From the NCBI RefSeq assembly GCF_009914755.1, contig NC_060927.1: a stretch of 64,000 bases of DNA. One strand, given 5' to 3'. The position numbers and the translations under genes are program-made. The stretch comes from the human T2T-CHM13v2.0 reference genome, Homo sapiens. Position 1 is the stretch's first letter. Every line of letters starts with the position of its first letter. Under the pieces are notes generated by a model. It was not told the DNA's origin and searched no databases. It saw only the letters and a list, made by a program, of their open reading frames with translations. Positions 18,848-35,735 of the stretch are shown piece by piece.

Positions 18848-21140
18848 GCTTCTTCACCATTTCTATGTGACAAGTTTTCCTGTATCTTGACAAGCAGGGC
18901 TTGATAAACATTAGTGTACCAATACAGAATTCTGCACAGACTGGGCCATTCCATTACCCAGGATATTTTGTACCTTATAAAAAAGAAAAATAATGGACAT
19001 TTGAGATATTCTGTAAACATTTTTATCTTCCTATTTGCAATCTTGAGATATTAAGCACACCACTCCTTTATAATTTTTGTGTTGGAGAATAAGGAAAGCC
19101 TTCTTAAAGTGTCTCTCAAATGAAGAAAACTGTAGTTGAATATAATCCTTATCAGTTGTCTAGGACACAATAGGTGAAGTTTTGACACCTTATCTCTTGG
19201 AAATGGTAACTAGGTGTCATCAAAAAAGCCTGTATTTATGGCTGGAATCCTCTTGTCTCATCCTTTTCACTCCTTTCCCAATACAGGAGAGAGAGAGGAG
19301 CAATTTTTATAGTTCACATTTTTTTTTTTAACAAAAACAGTAACACCCCAGCAGCGGGCTGAGGGTAAAGCCTTATTGTTAATCAATATTATCTTGGGAG
19401 AAAATAATAAGTATCTTTGTTAAAAAAACAAACAAAATACTCTTCAAGCTGTTATGTGCCCCTTGGAATTCTGAGTCATTTATTTCCTATCTCATTTAAA
19501 ATAGATATAAAATCAAAGCAAATAAAAAGTTAATTAATTCAAGGTCTCACAGGGAGAGGGCAGTTTTTCTTGATTTTAACTAATAATACTCCCAAATAAT
19601 TTATAAAAGGTCATATGAACCATAAAATACCAAACAAATGGTAGGATAATCATCATCACTGCCATGAGGTTTCTTCACATAGCAATAAAGTTTTTAAAAT
19701 AATCTAAATAGAGCCTATGGTGTTTGTTTTATCCTACCAGTTTTTAGAAGGCGACAAAAGATGTCGCCATGATGACTATTTGGGCCTTTCCCTTTGTTCC
19801 GTCCTAGACAGTTGTCTTACTAAAGGAATAAATATTGTGTATTGTCAGTCACTGTGAAACTCTATCATGACCATCTGATTGCTTAAATATTCGTTTCTTT
19901 ATTTTTCCTGCAAGTGTTTGAGAAGATGTCAAGGAGGAACAAGGTTGTGAGTGTGTGGGAGGGTGGCACTAGATACCAGCTTTACTCATTTTGTGATTTT
20001 GCCCTCACTCGTGCAAATGAATAAAGATAGAATTGATTTGCAAATTCTATAATTGTTACTTATTTTCCAAAAGAGAAACGTGGGGGTGATAATAGTAAAT
20101 GTCACATTGTAAAAAAAGAAAAAACAACAACAACAACAAAAAAACACAATAGAAACAAAAAACTTTTAAGTATGTCTTCTAAGTAATACTAGTTACTTGG
20201 AAGAGAAAGTGTTTTAATTTGATTTATGACTAATTTTTTGGAAAATTAATGTAAATATTAAAGCATCATTTCCGTAATAAATAATGATGAAAAGTACACA
20301 ACTAGACTGATATTTATGCTCACAGGGGGTGATTTTGTACATAAAAGTACAGAATGTTAATGCTCAACTCTGACATTTTGGAGCACAGCTTCCAAATGTT
20401 GTGTGAGGCATGTCTTATCTTTAGATTAATGTGTGATATGAAAGGAGGGGCAGAAATGTCTCTCAAGTGTGAAAGTCAGAATCCTTTCCTGGTACGTAGT
20501 GCTCTGCCATACTGTGAGAATAAAATCCTTTTTATGTGATATATAATACGATTTTTAAAATAAGACATTGGGTATAGGCAAAAAGACACAAAGGGTTTTT
20601 AAGAGCATAAAGCAACTTTTTAATAAATATTATTCTTCTGTTTTAAAGATAAATTGGATAGAAACAGACAGAGGGCTTAAGTTTTCTTATACTAGAGATA
20701 ACATTTTGTAATCAAAAGAATATTGTATTTAGCAAAATATTTTGGGAGTTGCCATATAAACAGTTGGAAATTCCTTTGAAATGCTTGATGAATTCAAAAC
20801 ACAGCTGTTGAAATTCTTATTATGTGTAATTTTAATGTGTTGGGTTTTTTTTTACTGTTACTTATTTATGCATAATCATCTATATAAAACTACTTCATTA
20901 AAAGAGCAATAGAGTCCAAATTCTTGAAAAGATTTCTACTAGCCTAGAGAATACATGGTGCATGAATAGCATGAAGATGAGATGTGCTGCTTGAACCCTC
21001 TACTGGAGTTGCAGAAGATGCCACTGCCCCTCCCGAACTTAGGGATTGCTTTGAAATGCTGTTGACAGCGCTAATGACTAATTTAATGAACGATCTGTAC
21101 TCTTCTACATGTTAGATAAATTACATGTATATTTGAGAAG

Positions 21141-21332
21141 TAAAGTTACTAGAATTAGCAAATGAAAATATAAGATACTCAGTTAAATTTGAACTTCAGA
21201 TATATTTTCGTATAAATACGTCCCATGAAACCATGAAATATAAGTATATCCCATATAATACTTGTACAAAAAATTGTTGTTTATCTGAGCTATATATTTA
21301 CTAGATACCCTGTGTTTTATCTTGAAGTCCTA
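21141..21332. mobile_element. MER53 palindromic hAT MITE
   Basis: agaattagcaaatgaaaatataagatactcagttaaatttgaacttcagata ... gttgtttatctga ... cctgtgttttatct. Confidence 0.75.
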
Positions 21333-21419
21333 TTAAGGAGGCTATTTCAGGTTAGAGCCATTGTGCAGTGCAGTAGTAGAAGCAGCAGTAGCAGCACCAG
21401 CTAAAATAGTAATAGTAGA

Positions 21420-21754
21420 AAAAGTAAGAACTATTTATCAAGTGCTTCGTCTGTGATCTTTGTTCATCTTCTCATTTTATCTTCCCAGCAAGATACCTCT
21501 GAGGTAACTGCTTTATGAAGAAATAATTTAGCAGAGTACTTGGCACATAGTAGCCACAATTATCTGTTAATCATGTCTGTTGTTTTTATTTTTATTTTTA
21601 TTTTTATTTCTTTACCACCCTTACACTTCTTCTTAAAGAGGAAGAAACTGAAGCTCCGACACCTCAAATTCACTTAGGTTGAAATAAGTCACCCTGGAAT
21701 TTCAATCATGACCTGTTTATTTCCAAAGCCCAAGATCTTAGACATTTTGTTCCA
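21420..21754 (-). mobile_element. MIR fragments
   Basis: gaggaagaaactgaagct ... tttccaaagcccaagatctta. The MIR end appears to continue after MER6A. Confidence 0.5.
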
Positions 21755-22346
21755 CAGGAAGTCCTCACTTAATGTTGTCAGTAGGTTCTTGGAAACTATG
21801 ACGTCAAGCAAAACAATGTATAATGAAACCGATTTTACCATAGGCTAATTGATACAAATGAGTTAATTCCTAAAGCATATTTCTGGTAAAAAAAAAATCA
21901 CCAAATTTCGAAATAAAGACAAAAACACCCCTAATATTAAACATTAAAATACATGTGAGCTATACATACATTTAAGAAAGATTAATAAAAACAAGTAAGA
22001 TAATTATTTACCCAGTTATTCCAGTTCAGGTTCGCAGGTGCCCAGAGGCTATCCCGGCAGCTCAGGCAAGAATAAACTTTGAACAGGATGCCATCCCATC
22101 ACAGGGAACATTCACATACACACCCACACTCAATCAGAGTGGGTGCAGACACACCAATTTACGTAACTTGCACATCTTTGGATGTGGGAGGAAACTGGAG
22201 TGCCCAGAGGAAACCTATGCAGACACGGGGAGAATGTGCGAACTTCACGCAGACAGTGGCTCCGGCCAGGAATCTTTTATTTTTTTTTCATTAACATTAT
22301 AATGAAATTATGTTGAACAAAACAATGTTTATTTGAGGACCTATTG
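21755..22346 (-). mobile_element. MER6A (TcMar-Tigger derivative)
   Basis: About 590 bp with TIR-like ends caggaagtcctc ... gaggacctattg followed by ta. Internal aacaggatgccatcccatcacaggg and gatgtgggaggaaactggag. Confidence 0.8.
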
Positions 22347-25300
22347 TACTGTCCTAGGTCTGATTTTAGTCTTTGAACCTTTGAACCACACTAGGTGACT
22401 GAAGCCTTGAAGTGGCCTGCGTTTACACTCTAACTCATGCCAACATCACGTGGTTGACTGGAACAGACTGTGTAGCTCAGAAGCAAGAATGCTGGACAGC
22501 TATGTGGAGCAATGGTGCTTGGCATGAGAGTTTAGGCCACTGGAAATGACAAGGATTCACAAATATCAACAGACTTTTTTGGGTGGTAACTGTTTACACA
22601 CTTAATAAAGGTTACAGGGGCAGTAAGTGCCTAAAAAATAACTAAAATCCAGGTCCTCTGACTCCCAGTAGTGGTCAAACATGATGTCATCACCTTCATT
22701 TCAGCATTTTTCATGTGTTACATAAATTTATCAGTAGAACAGCCACTTAATAATTTCCATTTATTTTCTATCAGAAGGCACATAAGAAATTTAATGTTAA
22801 CATCATCTGGTACATACTTATTTGATTAAATTTGTCTAAACTACTAAACTTGTGATTAATTTATTTGACAAATTATTTAGAAGTGTTAATTCTTAATTTG
22901 CCTGCATTTCTATTCTAGATAGTTCAATTTTGCATATTTTACTTTTTGAGCATCATTTATTATTAATTCTATGTATGAATAAAAAGGCTTCATAAATAAT
23001 AACTCAGATATCAGCTTTTAATAACTAATATCTTATACCAAGAACCTGTCACAGTTATCAGATTCATACAGTAGCAGATGTGAGAAAGTGAAAATAGATT
23101 GGAGATCATTCTGAAAACTCCAAATCTTGACCCAGTTTCACCATTTAGCCAATGAAATAGAAGGAAACATAGCATGACAGTTTAATTAATGACTTGTTAC
23201 AATATCAAGGGCAAAGTAACCAAATTTATTTTTGAGACCGTCACAATTACTGAAAAAAAAAACCTGAAACTTATCTAAAATCAAGTTATAAATCTCAGTT
23301 ATTTATCATAACAATTTTAATGATTTTTTTTTAATTTCAGGGGTATATGCCTAAATGTTGTTGCAGATTATTCTTATAGTATCTTATTCCTGCCAATGGC
23401 AGATGATTTTGGATTTTGGACAGGACATCAGTGAAGTTTGATGGGAAGCGTCCCTCTTCCCCACTTTACAACAGTGCAGACATAATTACATAGATACCAG
23501 ATGAAACAGTAAGATGCATTTCTTGTCTACTGGAAAAGTAAGAGATGACGGTTAGGGGGTTTAAAGACTACATTTTTCCAAATAATTCTATAGAGTGAAG
23601 GAAACTAAAAATAAATACATCTATGATCTATGCAGAAAAACAAAGAACTGTGCATCTGTCCAGGATATTTTCTTTAAGAATTTAGCAGTATATTCTCATC
23701 AAGAAAGGTGATTCTTTGTGTATTTATTATAAAACAGAATACGTTCTTAATTTGAAATATAGTTTTATTAAGCAAATCTTTTAAAGTATAGCTGCAGATT
23801 CAAAGGCCACTTTCCTCAGGATGCAAGGAAATGACCTACACTAATTTTAATTTTGTTAATCTAGCCATGAGGTGTAAGAAGGTTGCTATTTGTATCAACA
23901 ATATTTAATATTTAGGCAGCCAAACTGCTTTTTCCAAGTGACAGTTTCTCTATTCCTTTCATTTGGCAAAAACGCCTTTCAAACTTTCTAGTAGTGGCAT
24001 CACTTTAATAAAGGGTAATAATTTTCTATTTTTCCATAAATAAATAATTATAATTGAAGGAAAACTGCTTTAGAACAAGAGTCACCATTGTAAGTTTACA
24101 GCAGTGTTTTCTAAATCTGGCAGAAAAGGGTGTCAATATCACACTCTAAACTTTTTAGGAAATCTCTGAAAACGAAATAGTAATGGGAATTTTTGAACTT
24201 TCAGGGATTGTTTTTTAGGTAATCATTAGGAACTCATGATATAGGTGGTATTTTTCTGTGCCCTTTCCATGCATTTCTCACCCCAGACTTTCCTGCTGCC
24301 AAGTTGAGGTGGGAGACTAACGTTTTCAAGGTTGGATCATACATTAAAATGTCAGAATTGACCTAGGGGTTTTGCAAATGTGTATTAGGAGATTCTTATA
24401 AAACAGAGGAGGACAACTGAGAGAAAACTTGAGACAGTCAGACTTTTTAAATGATAATGGAAGGGTACTATTACATCATGACTCAAGGGAAAATGTAAAG
24501 ACTTTGGATCCCCAGAAAGATAGTAGCACTGCCAAGGCCTAAACTTACTATCATGGATGTGATTTACTGCAATAGGTTTCCATATGATTTATATTTCATA
24601 AATGACTCGTTATTATAAAAGGCAATCATAAATGACACAAAGCTAAACCTTTTATGAAATATAGTCTATATCTAGAGATTCTTCCTGAGGCAGAAACAAG
24701 AGAAATAGGATGACCAGACACCCTAATATAAAAAGACTTTTTTGATGTAGTGTCACCTTGATGCTTCTTTCATAGAAGAATATTCTTATGGTTTTCTCTT
24801 TCACTATGAATGTCTTATATGCATTTATTTGGACCCAATGGAAACTAAAGGGGGTAGTCATAATGACTATTTACTAAGTTTCATTTTGCTTGGTAATGAG
24901 ATATATAATGTATCCTAACTCAGAAACATCTCTTTCTTTCCCTGTACTCCATTGTGCATTCCCTCACTTACCTTTTCCCAGAAATACTTAATAACACCAA
25001 GTCATTTTACAAAGAATCACCTCTTGCTAATTAATTTAAAAATAATAAGTACCTCTCCAAAATAGAGCTTCTTCCTCCCTTTTATTTTCTTAAATTCCCT
25101 GCAAAACAGTTGCTTGAGTAGCATTTATATCTGTGCCAGGAGGTAACCTACACATATTGGAATTCTCAGTATATAGACAACTCTCTTTTAGGCTAATTAG
25201 TAGTAGGAATTAGAAATTTATACCAAGATTGAACACACTCATTTTATGTGCTAGTTGCATTTTTATTTTTCCCCCAAAGCAATTTTTATTTTAAGCTTAG

Positions 25301-26255
25301 AAGTATAAAGAAGAAAAAAAGAATAACACATTTCAGTCAGTGCTTTGCTCCAATATCACATACATCTATAAATATTTATTGACTATTCTCTGTTGATAAA
25401 ATATCTTATGCAGAAACACCTAATCTTTGACTTAGTCTTTTGTGAGAGATGAAACTTGGGCTTTAGTCTTCTGGGAAGACCTCTATCACTGCATCTTTTT
25501 ATTTTTATTTTAAATTCTGGGGTACATGTGCAGGATGTGCAGGTTTGTTACATAGGTAATGTGTGCTATGGTGGTTTGCTGCATCTATCAACCCATCACC
25601 TGGGTATTAACACCAGCATGCATTAGCTACTTTTTCCTAATGCTCCCCCTCCCCCAACTCACCACCTGACAGGCCTCAGTATGTGATGTTCCCCTCCCTG
25701 TGTCCATGTGTTCTCATTGTTTAGCTCCCACTTATAAATGAGAACATATGGTGTTTGGCTTTGTGTCCCTATGTTAGTCTGCTGAGGATAATGGCTTCCA
25801 GCTCCATCCATGTCCCTGCAAGGAACATGATCTCATTCCTTTTTATGGCTGCATAGTATTCCATGGTACGTATGTACCACATTTTCTTTATCCAGTTTAT
25901 CATTGATGGGCATTTGGGTTGATTCCATGTCTTTGCTATTGTGCATAGTGCTGCAATGAACATACACATGCATGTATCTTTGTAATAGAATGATTTATAT
26001 TCCTTTGGGTATACACTCAGTAATGGAATTGCTGGGTCAAATGGTATTTCCGATTCTAGGTCTTTGAAGAATCACCACAATGTCTTCCACAATGGTTGAA
26101 CTAATTTACATTCCCACCAACAGTATGAAAGCATTCCTATTTCTCCACAACCTCACCAGCATCTGTTTTTTCTTGATTTTTTAATAATTGCCATTCTGAC
26201 TGATGTGAGATAGTATCTCATTGTGGTTTTGATTTGATTTGCATTTCTCTAATGA

Positions 26256-26644
<389 letters not shown>

Positions 26645-28726
26645 CTTTATCCACTTTTTCATAAGGTTTTTTTGTTTCTTTCTTATAAATTTGTTTAAGT
26701 TCATTGTAGATTCTGGATATTAGACCTTTGTCAGATGGATAGATTATAAACATTTTCTCCGACTCTGTAGGTTGCTTGTTCGCTCTGATGATAGTTTCTT
26801 TCACTGTGCAGAAGGTCTTTAATTTAGTTAGATCCTGTTTGTCAATTTTTGCTCTTGTTGCAATTGCTTAACTATCCTAAATATATATGCACCCAATACA
26901 GGAGCACCCAAATTCATGAAACAAATTCTTAGAGACCTACAAAGTGACTTAGACTCCCACACAATAATAGTGTGAGACTTTAACACCCCACTCTCAATAT
27001 TAGACCAATCATCGAGACAGAAAATTAACAAAGACATTCAGGACCTGAACTCAGCTCTGGATCACATGGACCTGATAGACATATAGAGAACTCTCCACCC
27101 TGAAACAACAGAATATACATTATCCTTGGTGCCACAACTTATTCTAAAATTGATCACATAGTTGAAAGTAAATCATTCCTCAGCAAATGCAAAAGAACTG
27201 AAATCATAACAAACAGTCTTTCAGATCACAGTGCAATCAAATTAGAACTTAAGATTAAGAAACTCACTCAAAACCACACAACTATATGGAAATTGAACAG
27301 CCTACTTCTGAATGACTCCTGGGTAAATAATGAAATTAAGGCAGAAATCAAGAAGTTTTTTGAAACTAATGAGAACAAAGAGACAACGTACCAGAATCTC
27401 TGAGATGCAGCTAAAGCAGTGTTAAGAAGAAAATTTATAGCACTAAATACCCACATCAAAAAGCTAGAAAGATCTCACATTGACATCCTGATATCACAAC
27501 TAAAGGAACTAGAGAATCAAGAGCAAACAAACCCCAACACTAGCAGAAGAAAAGAAATAACCAGAGCAGAAATGAAGGAAATAGAGACACAAAAAAACTT
27601 CCAAAAAATCAATAGATCCAGGAGGTGGTTTTATGAAAAAATTAATGAAATAGATAGACTGCCAGCTAGACTAACAAAGAAGAAAAGAGAGAAGAATAAA
27701 ATAGACACAATAAAAAAATGGTAATGGGAATATCACCACTGACCCCCCCAGAAATACAACCATGAAAGAATACTATAAACACCTTTTTGCAAATAAACTA
27801 GAAAATCTAGAAGAAATGGATACATTCCTGGACACATACACTTTCACAAGACTGAACCAGAAGAAGTTGAATCCCTGAATAGACCAATAAGAAGTTCTGA
27901 AATTAAGGCAGTGCTAAATAGCCTACCGAAAAAAAAAATAGCCCAGTACCAGACAGATTTACCACTGAATTCAACCAGAGGTAAAAAGGAAAACTAATAC
28001 CCCTTCTTCTGAAACTATTCCAAACAATTGAAAAGGAGGAACTCCTCCCTAACTCATTTTATGAGGCTAGCATCATCCTGATATCAAACCTGGCAGAGAT
28101 ACAATGACAACAACAACAACAACAACAACAGAAACTTCAGGCCAATATTCCTGATGAATATTGATGCAAAAATTTTTAATGAAATACTGGCCAACCAAAT
28201 ACAGCAGCACATCAGAAAGCTTGTCCACCACGATCAAGTTGGCTTCATCTCTGGAATGCAAGGCTGGTTCAACATATGCAAATCAATCACTGTAGTTTGT
28301 CACATAAACAGAACTAAAGACAAAAACCACATGATTATCTCAATAGATGCAGAAAAGGCCTTCAATAAAATTCAACATCCCTTCATGTTAAAAACTCTCT
28401 ATAAACTAGGTATTGAAGGAACATACCTCAAAATAATAAGAGCCATATATGACAAACCTACAGTCAACATCATACTGAATGGGCAAAAGCTGGAGGTACT
28501 CCTCTTGAAAATTGGCACAAGACAAGAATGCCCTCTCTCACCACTCCTATTCAACATAGTATTGGAAGTTCTGGCCAGGGGAATCAGGCAAAAGAAAGAA
28601 GCATTTTCAAATAGGAAGAGAGGAAGTCAAATTGTTTTTGTTTGCAGATGACAAAATCAATGTGCAAAAGTCACAAGCATTCCCATACACCAACTACAGA
28701 CAAGCCGAGAGCCAAATCATGAATGA

Positions 28727-29244
<518 letters not shown>

Positions 29245-30535
29245 CATTAAACTACTATTAAGTTTCTTCAAAGAATTAGAAGAAACTATTTTAAAATTCA
29301 TATGAAGCCAAAAAAGACCTCACATAGCCAAGACATTCCTAAGCAAAAATAACAAAGCTGGAGGCATCACACTACCTGACTTCAAACTATACTATAAGGC
29401 TACAGTAACCTAAGCAGCATGGTACTGGTACCAAAGCAGACACATAGACCAATGGAACAGAATAGAGATCTCAGAAATAAGACCACACACCTAAAACCAT
29501 CTGATCTTCAACAAACCTGACAAAAACAAATAATGGGAAAATTATTACCTGTTTAGTAAATGGTGCTGGGAGAACTGGCTAGCCATATGAAGAAAATTAA
29601 AACTGGACCCCTTCCTTACACCTTATATCAAAATTAACTCAAGATAGATTAAAGACTTAAATGTAAAACCCAAAATTATAAAACCCCTAGAAAAAAAATG
29701 TAGGCAATACCATTCAGGACGTAGGCACGGGCAAAGATTTCATGCCCATGCCTATGTTCTGAATGGTATTGCCTATATTTTTGCTAGCTGCATTTTTAAA
29801 ATGAACATTAGAAAAGAACATTTCCTACCACATAGTAAATGTCAGTTAAAAACTTTAAATGTACAATTTTGGGGAATTAATAGATGTCCAGTTTAGAACC
29901 TTATTTTTAATAGGTTGTGATTTGTGATCTTTTGCTTATTAACTATCACACCATTTTAGTCTTAAAGCTAAGTAAAAATTCAGCTAATCTTTTTTCATAG
30001 GATCAAGTTTTTGACCTTACTAAAAACACTAAGTTTGAAAATTCAATTTCTTAATTTAATATACATATACAGTCATAATTAGTTATTTTGAGAAATGTGT
30101 GCCTTTGGAATGATGGTAACCTACTGAGTAAAGGGACACGTCATCTTTCACCATGATATTGCCTCAAACTTTGATCCTAACTAATTTGTAGAATGTGGCC
30201 TGTGCTTTGAAATAGGCATTAAAGACATTCTGTTTCTAAATCACATCTGAAAAACTGGCATAGCTTGTTAAGATTCTCACATATCCGATTCCAACTTGGA
30301 TTCACCCACTCTTAGGAGGAAATAATTGGGATATGCCATAGAGGAGGTTCCTATCACTCAGAATTTTTCACTTTTGTTTTTTCCAATGTTCAGTTTCAAA
30401 CAACTGGAGAACATAGATGCCTTCAGGAAGAAACATCTGATATACTACTCAGAAAACATTGCTCTATCCATTGTCATCACCCTACTGGGGAATGTCATTG
30501 CTTTTGTTATATGTGCTGCTTCTTAAGAGAGCAAG

Positions 30536-31076
30536 TATAATAGCCATCTATTGCTACGTAGCAATATCATCAAAAATTTAGTAGCTTAAACAACACATAT
30601 TTATTATCTTACAGTTCATATGGTCAGAGTCCAAGCCTCCCTTGCCCAAGGCTTCTGCTTCATGGTCTCACAAAGCTGCAACCAAGGTGTTGTCTAGGGC
30701 TGCAGTCACACTTGAAGTTCAGCTGGGGAGGGACCAGCTCTCAAGTGTACATGGTTGTTGGCAGCTTTCAGTTTCTTGCAAGCTGTTGGTCAGAGGCCAC
30801 CCTCAGTTTCTTACCATGTGGTATTCTCCATCATAAAGCTCATACCATGGCAGCTTGTTTATCCTAAACCAGCAAGGGAGAGACTCTTCTTGTTAGACTG
30901 AGGTTACAATCCTCTGTAATGTAACCACGGAAGTTACAGTCCATCACGCTTGCTGCATTCTACTGTTTAAAATCCGGTCATGGATTCCACCCATGCTCAA
31001 AGGAAGGAAATCATACAAGGGCCTTAATACCAGAAAATAGGGATCACGGGGACCCACCCAGACTTTGTCTGCCACA
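30536..31076 (-). mobile_element. MLT1 (E/F/G-like) solo MaLR LTR
   Basis: tctattgct ... tagcttaaacaacacatatttattatcttacagtt ... gtctgccaca. 5-bp TSD gcaag / gcagg. Confidence 0.8.
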
Positions 31077-31745
31077 GCAGGCAATAAGCCTACTAAAATA
31101 ATTATGGGGGAATGTTTGCTTAATTATACTCTTTAATATTTTGTTTCATTTTTGAAATTTTCCTTAACTCATTCTGAAAAAAACCTCTCAAATATACAGT
31201 GCTAAAAATCACAAAAGAAATAGAAGCTAAAATTTTAGAATGATGAACCATATAAGCTTAAATTTCCTTTTATATTCCATTATATTGAGACGGAACCCTC
31301 AGTTTAGAATGTTGAGCAGCAATTTGCAAAGGATCTTGGAGAATAATAAACTTGCATTAACTGTCAACCAATGAACTTGATTCAAGGGAAAATGCCAAGT
31401 GTTTATAGGTTGTCAATAAGAACATCGTGAAATACTGTTAGCATTACCTCACCACAGTTCAGCTATGCTTTAAGTGTAGCCATCCCCTCATAAAACAGGG
31501 TGATGATGTGCTTAGGTCCAGAAGGATTCAATGCAATGTATAGTAGAGGAATGGAGGAGGTTGGTATAGGGTCTAAATAACATGGATCTTGCCAGTGATG
31601 TTGGTAATTGCAAAGATTTTTTTTTCTAATAACTTGTACAAAGACTTTGAAATCTTTTTTGTCAAATAAATTTACTATAAAGCTGAAAGGGATAGCCAAT
31701 AGGTTGTATGACAGAAGATATGGCAGAATGGATGTGGTGACTTCC

Positions 31746-34462
<2,717 letters not shown>

Positions 34463-34469
34463 CTCCAAT

Positions 34470-34635
34470 CCCCGATTTACCACTTACAGGGTATATTTCC
34501 TTAGCTATCCTGAGCTCCGCCTTCTTCATCTGTAAATTTAAGGTAATCTTACCTATCGCAAGTAGGTAATGGCAGTGAAAGGCATTAGAAAAGTCAATTA
34601 GCATAGTGCCTGGAACATAAATTTAATCAGTAATA
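34470..34635 (+). mobile_element. MIR fragment
   Basis: cttcatctgtaaatt ... tagcatagtgcctggaacataa. Confidence 0.6.
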
Positions 34636-34719
34636 ACAGTGTCTATAGACTAAGTATTTTTCATGAGTCAGTAATTGAGCTGTGTCTTATTCTAAGTGAA
34701 AATATTATTATTCAATTTA

Positions 34720-35250
34720 TTTCAAGAAAGTGAAATCAAAGTGATTTGCATTAAATAAGACTGAATGTGGCAAAATGACACTTAACAGAAATTAACCTAA
34801 AGTTTTTACTTGTATCCTCAAAGAGAACTGCAAAGGCAAGAAGGCATGATTTAGTAGCATCTGTGTAAAGTGTGTATAATCTTTAAAGGACTGTGACCTA
34901 AATGTGAGTGACAAAGTATAATGTGGTTACCACAAAACAGCTAAACTTTTTAGGTGGCTTTAATAGAGGTAGAATGGTAGTAACAAAGAAGATAATCACC
35001 CCTCTGTGCTCAACCATAATCAAGCCTCACTGAGAAGCTGATGTTCTCTTCTGAGGGCCAAAAGGACACGATATTTAGCTAAAAGACAATAACAGATTGA
35101 TGAAAACCTTGAAAACTGCACAGTTTGTGAAAGATGTGATGATTGGAATAGGAAGAATTATGGTGAGAATGTGATTATTGTCTTTAAGTATCTGACAAAT
35201 TATCCCATGAAGCAAAGCATAGACTTCATTTATGATGTCCTACAGATTGT
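34720..35250 (+). mobile_element. L3/CR1 LINE remnant
   Basis: atgtggttaccacaaaacagctaaactttttaggtggctttaatagagg and cccctctgtgctcaaccataatcaagcctcac resemble the CR1 ORF2 3' region. Confidence 0.6.
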
Positions 35251-35479
35251 GAAAAAAATCATATGAAAATAGTCAGGTTCAGAAATTACAAAGTATGAGT
35301 GTATTGGCTTACAGTCAGATGATTTGGATATATTAGGGGTAATCTAACCGAATACCCCTTCCACAGGCCACCTTTACGCTCTTCCCTTTGTTGTTTTGTA
35401 TTTTCACTATACTGTCTTGGTACAGATTTCAAAGATATTGCCTGAGACTTATTGGTCATTTTGAATCTTCTAATTAGTT

Positions 35480-35735
35480 TTTTTTATCAGTTCTGGAATA
35501 CCCTCAGGTATTACATTTTCAAATATTTCCTCTGCCTCACTGCTTCCTCTCCTTCTTAAGCTCTGTTTAGATGTACATTAGATTTTCTTACTCAATCCTC
35601 CATGTTTCATAACATTGTTTCTATCTCTTCACTCTGTGTTGTATTATAGAAACTTTATTCAGATCTATTTTCCAGCTCAATAATTTTATCTTCACTTGAG
35701 TCAAATATGCCATAACTGTTTCACTGAAGTTACTT
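35480..35735 (-). mobile_element. HAL1/L1M ORF1-like remnant
   Basis: tttcaaatatttcctctgcc ... tcagatctattttccagctcaataattttatcttca. Confidence 0.5.
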
